This document shows positions 1-10,160 of a stretch of DNA of 64,000 nt, one piece after another. The notes beneath the pieces are model-generated. The model worked only from the letters and a program-made list of their open reading frames with translations, made no database searches and was not told the DNA's origin. The stretch comes from Leucoraja erinacea. Lineage: Eukaryota. The stretch is taken from assembly GCF_028641065.1 (NCBI RefSeq), contig NC_073416.1, positions 6,262,001 to 6,326,000 of the forward strand, read 5' to 3'. The first letter of the stretch is position 1, and each line of letters opens with the position of its first letter. The position numbers were made by a program, and so were the translations under genes.

Positions 1-347
1 TTTTCCAGAGATGCTGCCTGACCCGCTGAGTTACTCCAGCACTCTGTGTCCTTTCGTGTAAACCAGCATCTGCAGCCCCTTGTTTCTGCACCATCCCTAT
101 CTCAATTGCTCTTTCGTGATTTAGACAACGGCAGAAGACCTTCCTATTTATTTCTGGATTTGTCGATTTAATTTGTGATGTTCCACGATCTATTCGCGCA
201 TTTTTGCAGAGTTCCCGAGTTCGTGGTCCACTTGCAGGTGGTGGACGCGGCAAGTAATGAGAATATGGTTCGGGATGAAAGAGTTAAATGCAATGACAAA
301 CTAGCCAGGTCCCTCCCCCAGATAATGTTGTCAGATTCAGAGTCCCC

Positions 348-353
348 TATAAA
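348..353 (+). promoter_or_regulatory. Candidate TATA box of MIP
   Basis: TATAAA about 120 bp upstream of the MIP ATG at 475; position only, no TSS data. Confidence 0.5.
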
Positions 354-474
354 TACTTCATTCTGTGCAATTAAAAATTGGGGAAAACGTTTGAGGAGCC
401 GGGAGACAATTTCATCCTTTGTTTTTTCATTTTCTGTTATTTTGTACTAGTCTGCTTTTTCGAAGACCGGGAAG

Positions 475-834
475 ATGTGGGAGTTGAAATCCATCGCGTT
501 CTGGAGGGCAGTGTTTGCAGAGTTTTTTGCCACCATGCTCTTCGTGTTTTTTGGACTGGGCTTTACGATGCGATGGTCTCCGGGCCCCGTGAACGTGCTG
601 CTGGTGTCTCTGGGCTTTGGCTTTGTCCTGGCTGCCCTGGTGCAGGCGGTGGGACATGTCAGCGGGGCGCACCTCAACCCGGCTGTCACCTTCGCTTACC
701 TGCTGGGGGCGCAGCTGAGCATGTTCCGCTGTGTGATGTACATAGCAGCACAGCTCCTGGGAGCGGTGGCGGGGGCAGCTGTGTTGTATGGGGTCACCCC
801 TCCCACTGTACGGGGCAACCTAGGGCTCAACACG
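475..834 (+). CDS. MIP: Lens major intrinsic protein / aquaporin-0, exon 1 (aa 1-120)
   Basis: [20 protein letters not shown]...[10 protein letters not shown] (first NPA)...RGNLGLNT, followed by the donor ACG|gtaaat; 360 bp, phase 0. Confidence 0.97.
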
Positions 835-2429
835 GTAAATATACTCACTGTTGGCAAAACTAGCAAGCTGTAAGAAGAGTTAAAATGTGAACTGGTACAA
901 GCTTAACACCTCGTTTTGAAAAATAAAGTTTGAAGCAATATGGTAAATGTCCTGGAAAATCAAAAATAGTGCAAAAATAGTAACAAAGGCAATGAATTGG
1001 TAAATGCAACGAGTGTGAAGGCAGAAAGTCCGAAAATGTAACTTAACGTTTGTGATATAAAATATATTTGAGATGGGTTGAAGTGACATTAACACATTTT
1101 AAAAAGTGATGATTCGGAAATGATTTAAGACCGTTCCAAATTCTAATACCGTCTAAACTCTGGGACTTAAACATTTACCCAAAGTTAAGAGTCCGAATTG
1201 AACGAAGAATTGAAGCATATTATTTTCGCTGGGAATTAAATGGGTTAAAATAAAAGCCGGTGTTCAAAGAATATAAATCACTTCAAATTGAAGTTTCCCG
1301 TATCACGAAATATTATTTAAAAAACGGTCTGTCAAAAAGCAGATCTGATTCTTTTAGACTTTAAAACTTGTGTATACAACTACAGATTGGTTGGAAGTAT
1401 TCTTAAAATAATTTTCAATAGTTTATTCCACGAGCCATATATTTTGAAACATCAGGACATAGAGTTCGTAGAATTGAAATTGTTGAGATAACAACGTGGA
1501 CTATATAGTTAATGAGAGTCTGTTAGGTTTGATCTCGTTTAGTGTTTCGCGTGTCTTTCGGGGGAAAGGGCGTAATATTTCTGAAAACTGCTTTTCAAAA
1601 CTTTCTGAAGACGCCTCAAAGGTTCGAGTTTGCACATAATGGTGCAAATGCCAACCTTTCTCACCAGCCCAACGCGAGGAAGGTAGGAACACCGTCACGA
1701 TGCTCGCTTTAGTTTCCTTCGCTCCATAGATGCTGCTGCACCCGCTGAGTTTCTCCAGCATTTTTGTCTACCTTCGATTTTCCAGCATCTATGGAGCGAG
1801 GGTAGGCGTTTGTATCAATTGTTTTGTAATGCAAGATCTGGCGAATTCCGAAAGTTTTTGTTGATTTCGTTTGATTAGTTTGAACTGAATATTTATCTGG
1901 ATAATCCAAAACGGCAGATGCCCCGCCCGTTCACAGAATACCAACATCATAGGATTTCAAGCGAAGAATCGCGTAAAGGGAGAGTTAATTTCTATTTTAA
2001 TGCATGTCCAACTTTTAAAAAGTGGCGTGGTTTTATTTGTGTTATCACTCTTATCTTGAGAGTTGTTTTTAATGTGATTCGAAAGTTCTGTGTGCTAAAT
2101 CTATAAGATTTTTAATCTATAAAATCTATCAGGCTTTTAGAAATGGCCTTTGATTGATTGACGAGCGGCCACATTCCGGAAAATAAAACTGGCAAACAAA
2201 TTAAATTCCACTTGCAAGCAGCGCTCTAGTCTATTGTAAGCGCGTCTCCGTTTCGCTGTCAATTGTGCCCTGCGCTATTCCCAGTGTAATCTGTACTCTG
2301 GGGCCACTTTGTCAGCAACGTGGCCGGAGGGCGACAAGAGGGCAGGAGGGGCGCGAACACTGATCCGGCTGCTCTTTGGGCAATGTCGCTACACGCAAGC
2401 TAACAAAGCGGGCCAAGCGGTCACTGGCA

Positions 2430-3200
2430 CTGTTATTTGTGGGGTCTCGCTGCGCGCAAAACACCATGAGAAGCAAACTGGGTCATCGATCCTGCAGTTC
2501 TGTGCGCAAAGCATCAAAAACGCACCGAGGCGCAGGACAACGCAATGTTGCTCCTACTTTGCGCAAAACGTCGCCAAACATGGATAGAACAGGGTTGGAG
2601 GGATATGGGCCAAATGCTGGCAGGTGGGACGAGTGTAGCTGGGACATGTTGGCCGGTGTGGGCCAGTTGGGCCGAAGGGCCTGTTTCCACACTGTGTCAC
2701 TCTATGACCCTCTGCTTAAAACTGTTGTTGGATCTTGCTGTGCGCAAATGACCACCAAAGCAGACTAGGCAATCACTGATGCTTGTGACAGATTGCTGTG
2801 CCAATAACATCTTCAGTGCAGACTAGGTGGCCGAGATTGTACTTTTATTGTGATCTTGCGGTGCGCAAACATCACCAAAGCAGAATAAATGGCCCAAATT
2901 ACATGTTAACTGGAGTCCTGCTGTGCGCAAAACATCACTAAGATGGACTAGGTGTCCACTAAGTCAATTTTCTTGTGACATTTTGCTGTGCGCAAAACAT
3001 TTCCAGAGCAGGCTAGCTGGCCGTAATTATATTTTATCTGGGATCTTGCTGTGTGCAAAGCATCGCCAAGATGGACTAAGTGTCCATTGAATGTCTGCTA
3101 TTTTCCTGGCATTTTGCTGAGCGCAAAATCACTGCCAAAAGGCTAGTTGTTGTTCGTGGGATCTTGCGCTATGCGTAAACATACCCAAGCAGAATAGCCT
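2430..3200. repeat. Degenerate tandem array (~60-65 bp period) in MIP intron 1, interrupted by a short CR1 3' fragment (~2585-2707)
   Basis: About 10 recurrences of (ggatc)TTGCTGTGCGCAAA...CCAAAGCAGACTAGG. Confidence 0.8.
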
Positions 3201-5762
3201 GTCGTTGGCCGAACGCCCACTGCACAAAACACTGTCCAAACACATGATCTCATGTGGAATAATCTGCGCTGCTTGTCATTAAATGTAGCACCTTGTCTGC
3301 AAATCATGGTCAGATAATCATCTGCTCACTGAGTTATTGCTAATTTTGGGATATTTCTATGTGTGCAAAACTAAAACCAATCAAGAGATAATTGTGTTGG
3401 AAGGAACTGCAGGTGCTGGTTTCCACCGAGGATAGACACAAAATACTGGAGTAACTCATTATTGATGTCATGCCGGATTCAACATTGCCTTGAAACAAGC
3501 CGGGCATTGTTCTTCCTGCTTTCTGCAAGAACTCTGCTGTGCACAATATATTGGCAAAGACCATTGCTTGTTCGTTGACTTTTTTGTTCTTTGTGAAATC
3601 AAGTAGAAACGCGATGTTACATTTATCTAACGTTGATTGAATTCGGAATGCTTTGTTGTATCTAAAGCATTTTGAGATTCGTTGAAAGGCATGATCATGT
3701 AGACACAAAGAACTGTGGCTGTTGGTTTATATATTTAAAAAAAACACAAAGTGCATGATAAGATGGGATACATTCTAGTAGCGCTTTAAAAGAAAGCAGT
3801 TCACTCATAACAAGCACTATGTCTATGAAACTTTGCCATGTTTCTACCAAAGCTTTGCATGTTCAGGTTTTGAATCTTTTCTGGCTACTAGGAACAATGG
3901 CTGAAGTTCGCTCCCTTCTCTACTCCCAAGGATACTCCCTATATACAAACATTAACATTTCTTTGAATGACTACCTCAACTTCAGATAATGGTGACACAC
4001 CACAACTAGTCCTCCAAGAACTAAGTGAATGTATAATGCCCAACTAGTCTGTGAATAACCAAAACCGTTAGCCAGGACTGCACTTTATAAGCTAGCATGT
4101 ACCTTCCTAGGATTAAATATACATTTAGCCACAAGCCCACCATGGAGTAGATGCAAAATTCAGTATTTGCTTGACAAGGTTAAGTTGTATATTTTACTGT
4201 ATTATTGTACTTTACTATATACTACGTCGGATCTACATACAATCTATTGACATAGCTTTGGACACTTTCCAAAATATCACGGAAAATTAATTGAAATGCA
4301 TTTTCTACCAAAGAAGCGCAAATTAGATGCAAATTAGATGCAGTGACATTTAATGGTCAATCTTCTCAAAAGTACTACTAATCTCAAAAGTTAAAATGGT
4401 GACACATTAAGAATACTGTTGGTTTAGTTTTAGGCATAAGCTGCAGACTGAGATAATACATAAGAAATATATTTTGCCTTTCTAAGCAAGATGCATCAAT
4501 TGCTGAGTTAGAACATAGGACGGTACACTTTGCTTTTGACTGTGTGGCATCATGATGCATTCAGATTAATATTGTTTGATTTAGGAATTCTGGAAGAACC
4601 GTCCCACATGCTCAAGCAAGGCCCATCTACCTGTTCTGGTATTACAAGTGTACTTTGTAGCTCCCATGAGATCCCGCATTCTACAAAACTTTCTCAGACA
4701 ACTTCATCACAAGCAGATTAACGAGTCATTCATCGCGTTGGTGTTTGTGGGATTTTGGCGTATACAGTTTCCTACAAGACAACTGCACATTTCAAAGTAA
4801 CTCCCTCAGCTTGATATTATTTGAGCAATATAATGAACTAGTCTTATTTTCATATTTGTTTGAATCATTTTGCATTTCCAATTCAACCTGGCATTGATGT
4901 ATTCCACTGCAAACTTCGTAAACCATAGAAACTCATTTGTTTGGGTAAACTGTTTTAACGATAGGGAGTAAAATGTTTTGCACATCAGCTGTGAACACCA
5001 GGCAATAAAAAACATGGACAAGTCAAATGCCTCTGGCTTAAAGCAGCATAAGGTGGCTGCATGATGCATGCACACTATGGATAAGAGCTTATGCTAGACG
5101 CAAGTGTTAATGTTGATAGACTGTGCAATAGTGTGTATGTGGAATGGGAGAACCACATATTTGAATGATTGATTTTTTAGACTATCTTTTTTCTCCCAAG
5201 CAATAAATAGTGATTTTTTTTTGGCTCAGTTGTAAAAACGTCACGTCGTAAAACGCACAAGAATGAAAAATGAAGAATTAGATTCGCAAGGACATTTATA
5301 TGTTGTACAATGTGAAATATTTTGCATATATGTGCAGAAAACAAGTATACTTCCTAATTTTTGGAAAATGCGTAGGCAGTCGTGACTAGGATTTCACGAA
5401 GAATAGATACTTAAAACTAGTAAAAGTAATAGTTAAATTTAGCTAAAATCCATCGTTGATATAATTTAATTATAGGATGTTAAAAGTTTCCTACATGCTG
5501 AACAAAGCCCCAGCTTTTCATGTAATACATTAATCCAATATTGAGTTCACAGGCGTAGATATTGACAGTTGTGGAGGAAAGTCATAATTCAACTCTTTTT
5601 CCAGTGGGAGGTAGGTTAAAACAATATTTATAAAATATTTGCCTTTGTTCTAAATTTAGCTTTCTGAAATCATGACTCATTGCAGATTATTGGCTATCCT
5701 ACTTGAAGCACTCTCAATCTAATTCCACGTGAATATAGCTTCATGTCTCTGAACTACACTTA

Positions 5763-5961
5763 TGCAGGAATGAACTGCAGATGCTGGTTTACACCAAAGA
5801 CAGACACAAAAAGCTAGAGTAACTCAATGGGACAGGCAGCATCTCTGGAGAGAAGGAATGGGTGATGTTTCGGGTCCAGACCCTTCCCGAAACGTCACCC
5901 ATTCCTTCTCTCCAGAGATGCTGCCTGTCCCGCTGAGTTACTCCAGCATTTTTTGTCTATC
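5763..5961. mobile_element. Penelope-derived short repeat, inverted pair
   Basis: aactgcagatgctgg...gagtaactcaatgggacaggcagcatctctggagag...cccgaaacgtcacccattcc...gagttactccagca; same family dispersed through the window. Confidence 0.75.
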
Positions 5962-6620
5962 TACACTTAATTAAGAATTGGTTGCTATTCTCAAAAGGCA
6001 ATGCAAAACCATTGTATGGAAAATTGAAGCACTTGAACGTTAAGGCCTACTGTTGGGCAAAGTAGAGATAGCTTTGGTTTACTCCAATATTTTATAGTTT
6101 CAAAACTGGAGCAACCCCATTCTCCATTAAGCAAATAAATCACAAAACTGATGAACACTAAAACGCAAAGGAAATCTTTCAGCCTTTATGCTCATTGCTT
6201 GCTCCTACCTATTGGGTATTTGATTCACAAAGGAAAGGTGGAAACGAGATTTAACGGAGATTAAGGGGAATAAAATAGTGACTTTTACTCCTCTGATCAG
6301 GTTGAGGTTTTTCAATTAATTGATTGCCAAGTACGTGAAGGAATGACACAATATTGATCCCTCACTAAGCAAGTGTGCACTGTTTTAAGTAGTGTAGCAT
6401 TCTGTGAACATTAAGAATCCATGGTCTAAGAAGGCATTCAAACATAAGTATAAACTCAGACCTAGAGGATTGTACAATCTCAGAGTAACGTCATTTGTTG
6501 ATAGCAGGCAAATATATCCCGTGAAACACCGATAAATACACCATTTTACATTCATTTCTGGTCTTTTCTATTTGCAGGTCTTTGCCATTTCTAATAGTGA
6601 TGTTTTGTTTCATTCTTTAG

Positions 6621-6785
6621 CTGCATGCTGGAGTGGGTATTGGCCAGGGCACGGCTGTAGAGATATTCCTTACTCTTCAGTTTGTCCTCTGTATTTTTGC
6701 CACAACAGACATTCGCAGAAATGGATTCATGGGCTCAGCAGCTGTGATCATTGGCTTTTCACTCACTGTGGGTCACTTCTTTGGG
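6621..6785 (+). CDS. MIP: Aquaporin-0 exon 2 (aa 121-175)
   Basis: ctttag|CTGCAT...TTTGGG|gtaagt; 165 bp; [35 protein letters not shown]...GHFFG. Confidence 0.96.
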
Positions 6786-7084
6786 GTAAGTCTGCAAATT
6801 TCTATCCCATTTGCCAAAGCGTTAGATGTGGAACATATCCTCGGCTCTGGACTCAAAGGTAAAAAGCACTGTTCCAACAGATACGTTGCAAAATGCAACT
6901 CTCCGTGGTGCTGCCGCTAAACATTGCTAAACAGGTATTTTTAGCAATTCTGCTAAATTGCTAATTCAATCCAAAATGATAATTACCCTTGGAAGAGTCC
7001 ATGCCATTGTGAAAAGCATGAGGGTTGATTTTCAGCCAGTTGAATTGACATTCATGCGATCTTTGCCACCTTGTTATGAATCCA

Positions 7085-7390
7085 ACTCCACTCCTGTCGA
7101 CCAAGCAACTGAACCATCCTACCATCAACCAGAGAGCAGGCCTGGGCTACTTTCTACCTCATTGGAGACCCTTGGACTATCTTTAATTGGGCTTTACCTT
7201 GCACTAAATGTTATTCCCTTGTTCTTGTAATATAACACCAAAACTGCTTCAATTACCACACATAAACCGAATCCTTCAAGTAACCATGGGCATGTGGGCA
7301 TGTATTGTCTTTCTGCTGAATGGGTTGCACGCAACAAAAAAGCTTTTCACTGTGCCTCGGTACAAGTGAAAATAAACTAAACTGAACTAG
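7085..7390 (+). mobile_element. LINE (Rex1/L2-like) 3' tail fragment carrying a 71-bp foreign insert
   Basis: Ends gcttttcactgtgcctcggtacaagtgaaaataaactaaactgaact (AATAAA plus short-repeat tail), similar in style to the 3' end of the RT element at 50776. Confidence 0.55.
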
Positions 7391-8066
7391 GAAATGAGAT
7401 AAGCAAATGGTTTGTTTTGCACAACCTCCTTCTGTTGTAAATTTGTGACTCATTCTGTATTGAGAGCTGCACACCATTTCTAAAGCACTTACCCCTTCTG
7501 GCAAATCAGCCCCCTAGAGATCCTTAAATTTAACTAGGATCCAATTTGAAGTTTGGGTGCTGACTGCTTGGCATAAACGGAGGGCAAGATTTGGCCAGTT
7601 CCATGGGTGATGGAAGAGAAGAGGCTATGCAAAGGTAAGGTCTGAATTATTTTTGAGGGCTTCTGGTGCCCACAACAATAATCTGGGCTACTGATGCCCA
7701 CCCGGCCCAGTCCGCCCCCTGTAGCTGGCTCAACTGCTGCCAGGTGTGGACGGTTTTGCTTTTAAATCTGGTGGGCTGCTGGGATGGCTGGTTGAGGTTA
7801 TTTTTGCAGCTCTCCTGGTGAATATATTTGAAGCCCGAGTCTCAGAAACACAATCCGAAAAGTCATTTGTGATCCTGTGTGACTAATTAGCAAATGTTTT
7901 TATGTTCTTTCATATTTTCTTGCATAGTATTGATGATTGACAGGAGTTTAAACTCAGGGCTCTTAATACTCAAGTAGTGATGAATGGCAATTAGTACCTT
8001 TCCTTCTTGTAAACTGATCATTGAAACTTTTTTGACATATAATTATCTCTCCACTGTTTTTTCCAG

Positions 8067-8147
8067 CTTTATTACACAGGGTGTGGAATGAATCCAGCCA
8101 GGTCCTTTGCACCAGCGGTACTCACTAGGAATTTCAAAAATCACTGG
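8067..8147 (+). CDS. MIP: Aquaporin-0 exon 3 (aa 176-202), absent from the ORF track
   Basis: ttccag|CTTTAT...CACTGG|gtaagc; 81 bp; [27 protein letters not shown] (second NPA plus ar/R Arg). Confidence 0.97.
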
Positions 8148-8343
8148 GTAAGCACAAACTGATTTTGACTAAAACAGAGTGAGCAACTGAACAAATTGCT
8201 TCATTTTTTAAAATATTAAAGATCTTGTAATATGACACCAAAATTGCTTCAATCACAACACATAAACACAATCCTTCAAGTAACTATGGGCATTTTCGTA
8301 TGCCAAGGATTTTGTATAATTAGTTACTGGCTGATCACCTAAT

Positions 8344-8780
8344 TTACAGAGAAAGTTTGAACAAGTTAGGTCTTTATTCTTTGGAGCACAGAAGGTTAAG
8401 GGGGGACTTGATAGAAGTCTTTAAAATGATGAGAGGGATAGACAGAGTTGACGTGGATAAGCCTTTTCCATTGAGAGTAGGGAAGATTCAAACAAGAGGA
8501 CATGACTTCAGAATTAAGGGACAAAAGTTTAGGGGTAACATGAGGGGGAACTTTTTTACTCAGAGTGGTAGCTGTGTGGAATAAGCTTCCAGTGGAAGTG
8601 GTGGAGGCAGGATCGATTTTATCATTTAAAAATAAATTGGGTAGGTATATGGACGGGAAAGGAATGAAGGGTTATGGTCCGAGTGCAGATAGATGGGACT
8701 AGGTGAAAGTAAGTGTTCGGTAAGGACTAGAAGGGCTGAGATGGCCTGTTCCCGTGCTGTAATTGTTATATGGTTATATG
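8344..8780 (+). mobile_element. CR1-type LINE 3' fragment (MIP intron 3)
   Basis: LGLYSLEHRRLRGDLIEVFKMMRG...TRGH...FFTQ motif; near-identical to 56340-56768 and 57316-57758. Confidence 0.9.
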
Positions 8781-9139
8781 ATCGAAGGATTCTTCAAATA
8801 CAGCTAAACAAATTCAACTACACTGGGAACAACATGTGCACTTCATGAGGGTTTGTCTGATCATATATTCTGTTTAATTTGAAGCACTTTCAAAAGGTTA
8901 AAAACTGTCTATAATTTTTGAAGAGGATCTGTCGAATCAGAACACTGTAGTTACACCACCTGTATAATGTAAACAAAATTCAGAAGTTCTGCTAAGCTTG
9001 TATATTCTAATTAGGAGTAAGATTTTCCTGTTTTAAATATAACATGTGTTTTATGCACCCCCTTGATTGTGAGTAATCTGAATAATAAAAGTAACTTGTG
9101 CAGGAAAAAGTAAATGAGAATATACATAAAGTTCTGATT

Positions 9140-9536
9140 TATGACATCAAGTTCTAAAGCACTTTACAGCCAACAAAGTAGTTTTAAAGAGTATTTATGT
9201 TTATATGATAGGAAATTAAGTAGGCCATTACACACTGCAAGCTCCCATAAATGTCAAAGTGATAAGGATAAGACATTGGTTTATAGTGACACTGAAACTG
9301 GCCTGGCCATCTGGGATAAAACTACTTCCTGTGTTTAAAAATTCTGTGGCCTTTCACACCTACCTTGGAGAGCAGATGTGGCTTCATCTGTTCCCTCAAG
9401 TGGATGTCTCACCCAAAAGACACCTTCAACAGTGCAGCACTTCCTCATTTACTGCACTGGAGCACCATCTAAGAATCGAGAGTGGGACCTAACCCACAAT
9501 TATTTTGTTCAGCGGCAAGGCTGCTACTAACTGAGA
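9140..9536 (-). mobile_element. Old Deu-domain SINE (SacSINE/AmnSINE-like)
   Basis: Reverse strand has a tRNA-like head, the central cagtgcagtaaatgaggaagtgctgcactgttgaaggtgtcttttgggtgagacatc block and an L2-like tail ttggctgtaaagtgctttag; family assigned from memory. Confidence 0.6.
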
Positions 9537-9974
9537 CCCTATTAAGAGCTGGTCAAAATAGATGTTTTGATAACCTCAGGATCTGGCTCATTTGTGATGC
9601 TGCCCTGATGAAATTGCCAGATTGTCCAGATTCATGCTTTGATAGTCACGGGTGAAGTTAGGATGGGATGTTAGGACCTATGGCACCATGCCCTGGCTCA
9701 GTCACAAGGCTTAGGAAAGTAAAACAATTGAGGGGATTGTATCCACCTATCACTTGCCAGGCTTTGTCTTGCCCCCTCCTCTCTTCCAGCTATCTCCCTC
9801 ACACCACAATCAGACTGAAGAAGGAACCCAACCCGAAACATCGCCTCTCCACAGATGCTGCTTGACCCGCTGAGTTCCTCCAGCACTTTATGTGTCTTCA
9901 TTTGAGGGAATGCTCATTTCTAATCAGTTATCACTATTTTGTATCTGAACTACGTTATTTCTGTATCTTTGCAG

Positions 9975-10160
9975 GTATACTGGGTGGGCCCTCTGATAGG
10001 AGGTGCTATTGCAGCTTTGGTGTACGATTTCATCCTGTTCCCCAGGATGAGAGGCCTCTCGGAGAGATTGGCTATTCTTAAAGGAGCTCATCCCCCAGAA
10101 GCAGAGGGGCAGCAGGAACCCCGGAGTGATCCCATTGAACTCAAAACTCAAGCCTTATAA
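9975..10160 (+). CDS. MIP: Aquaporin-0 exon 4 (aa 203-263, stop)
   Basis: ttgcag|GTATAC; VYWVGPLIGG...LFPRMRGLSERLAILKG...IELKTQAL-TAA. Spliced total is 792 nt = 263 aa, with the AQP0-type C-terminus. Confidence 0.97.
   Translation, partial: VYWVGPLIGGAIAALVYDFILFPRMRGLSERLAILKGAHPPEAEGQQEPRSDPIELKTQAL

Noticed and set aside
175-863. ORFs overlapping MIP exon 1 in other frames or strands
   Set aside because: Shadows of a GC-rich coding exon
2430-3200. CRISPR-like repeat/spacer pattern
   Set aside because: Eukaryotic intron; repeats are degenerate and the intervening parts are related to each other; no cas genes
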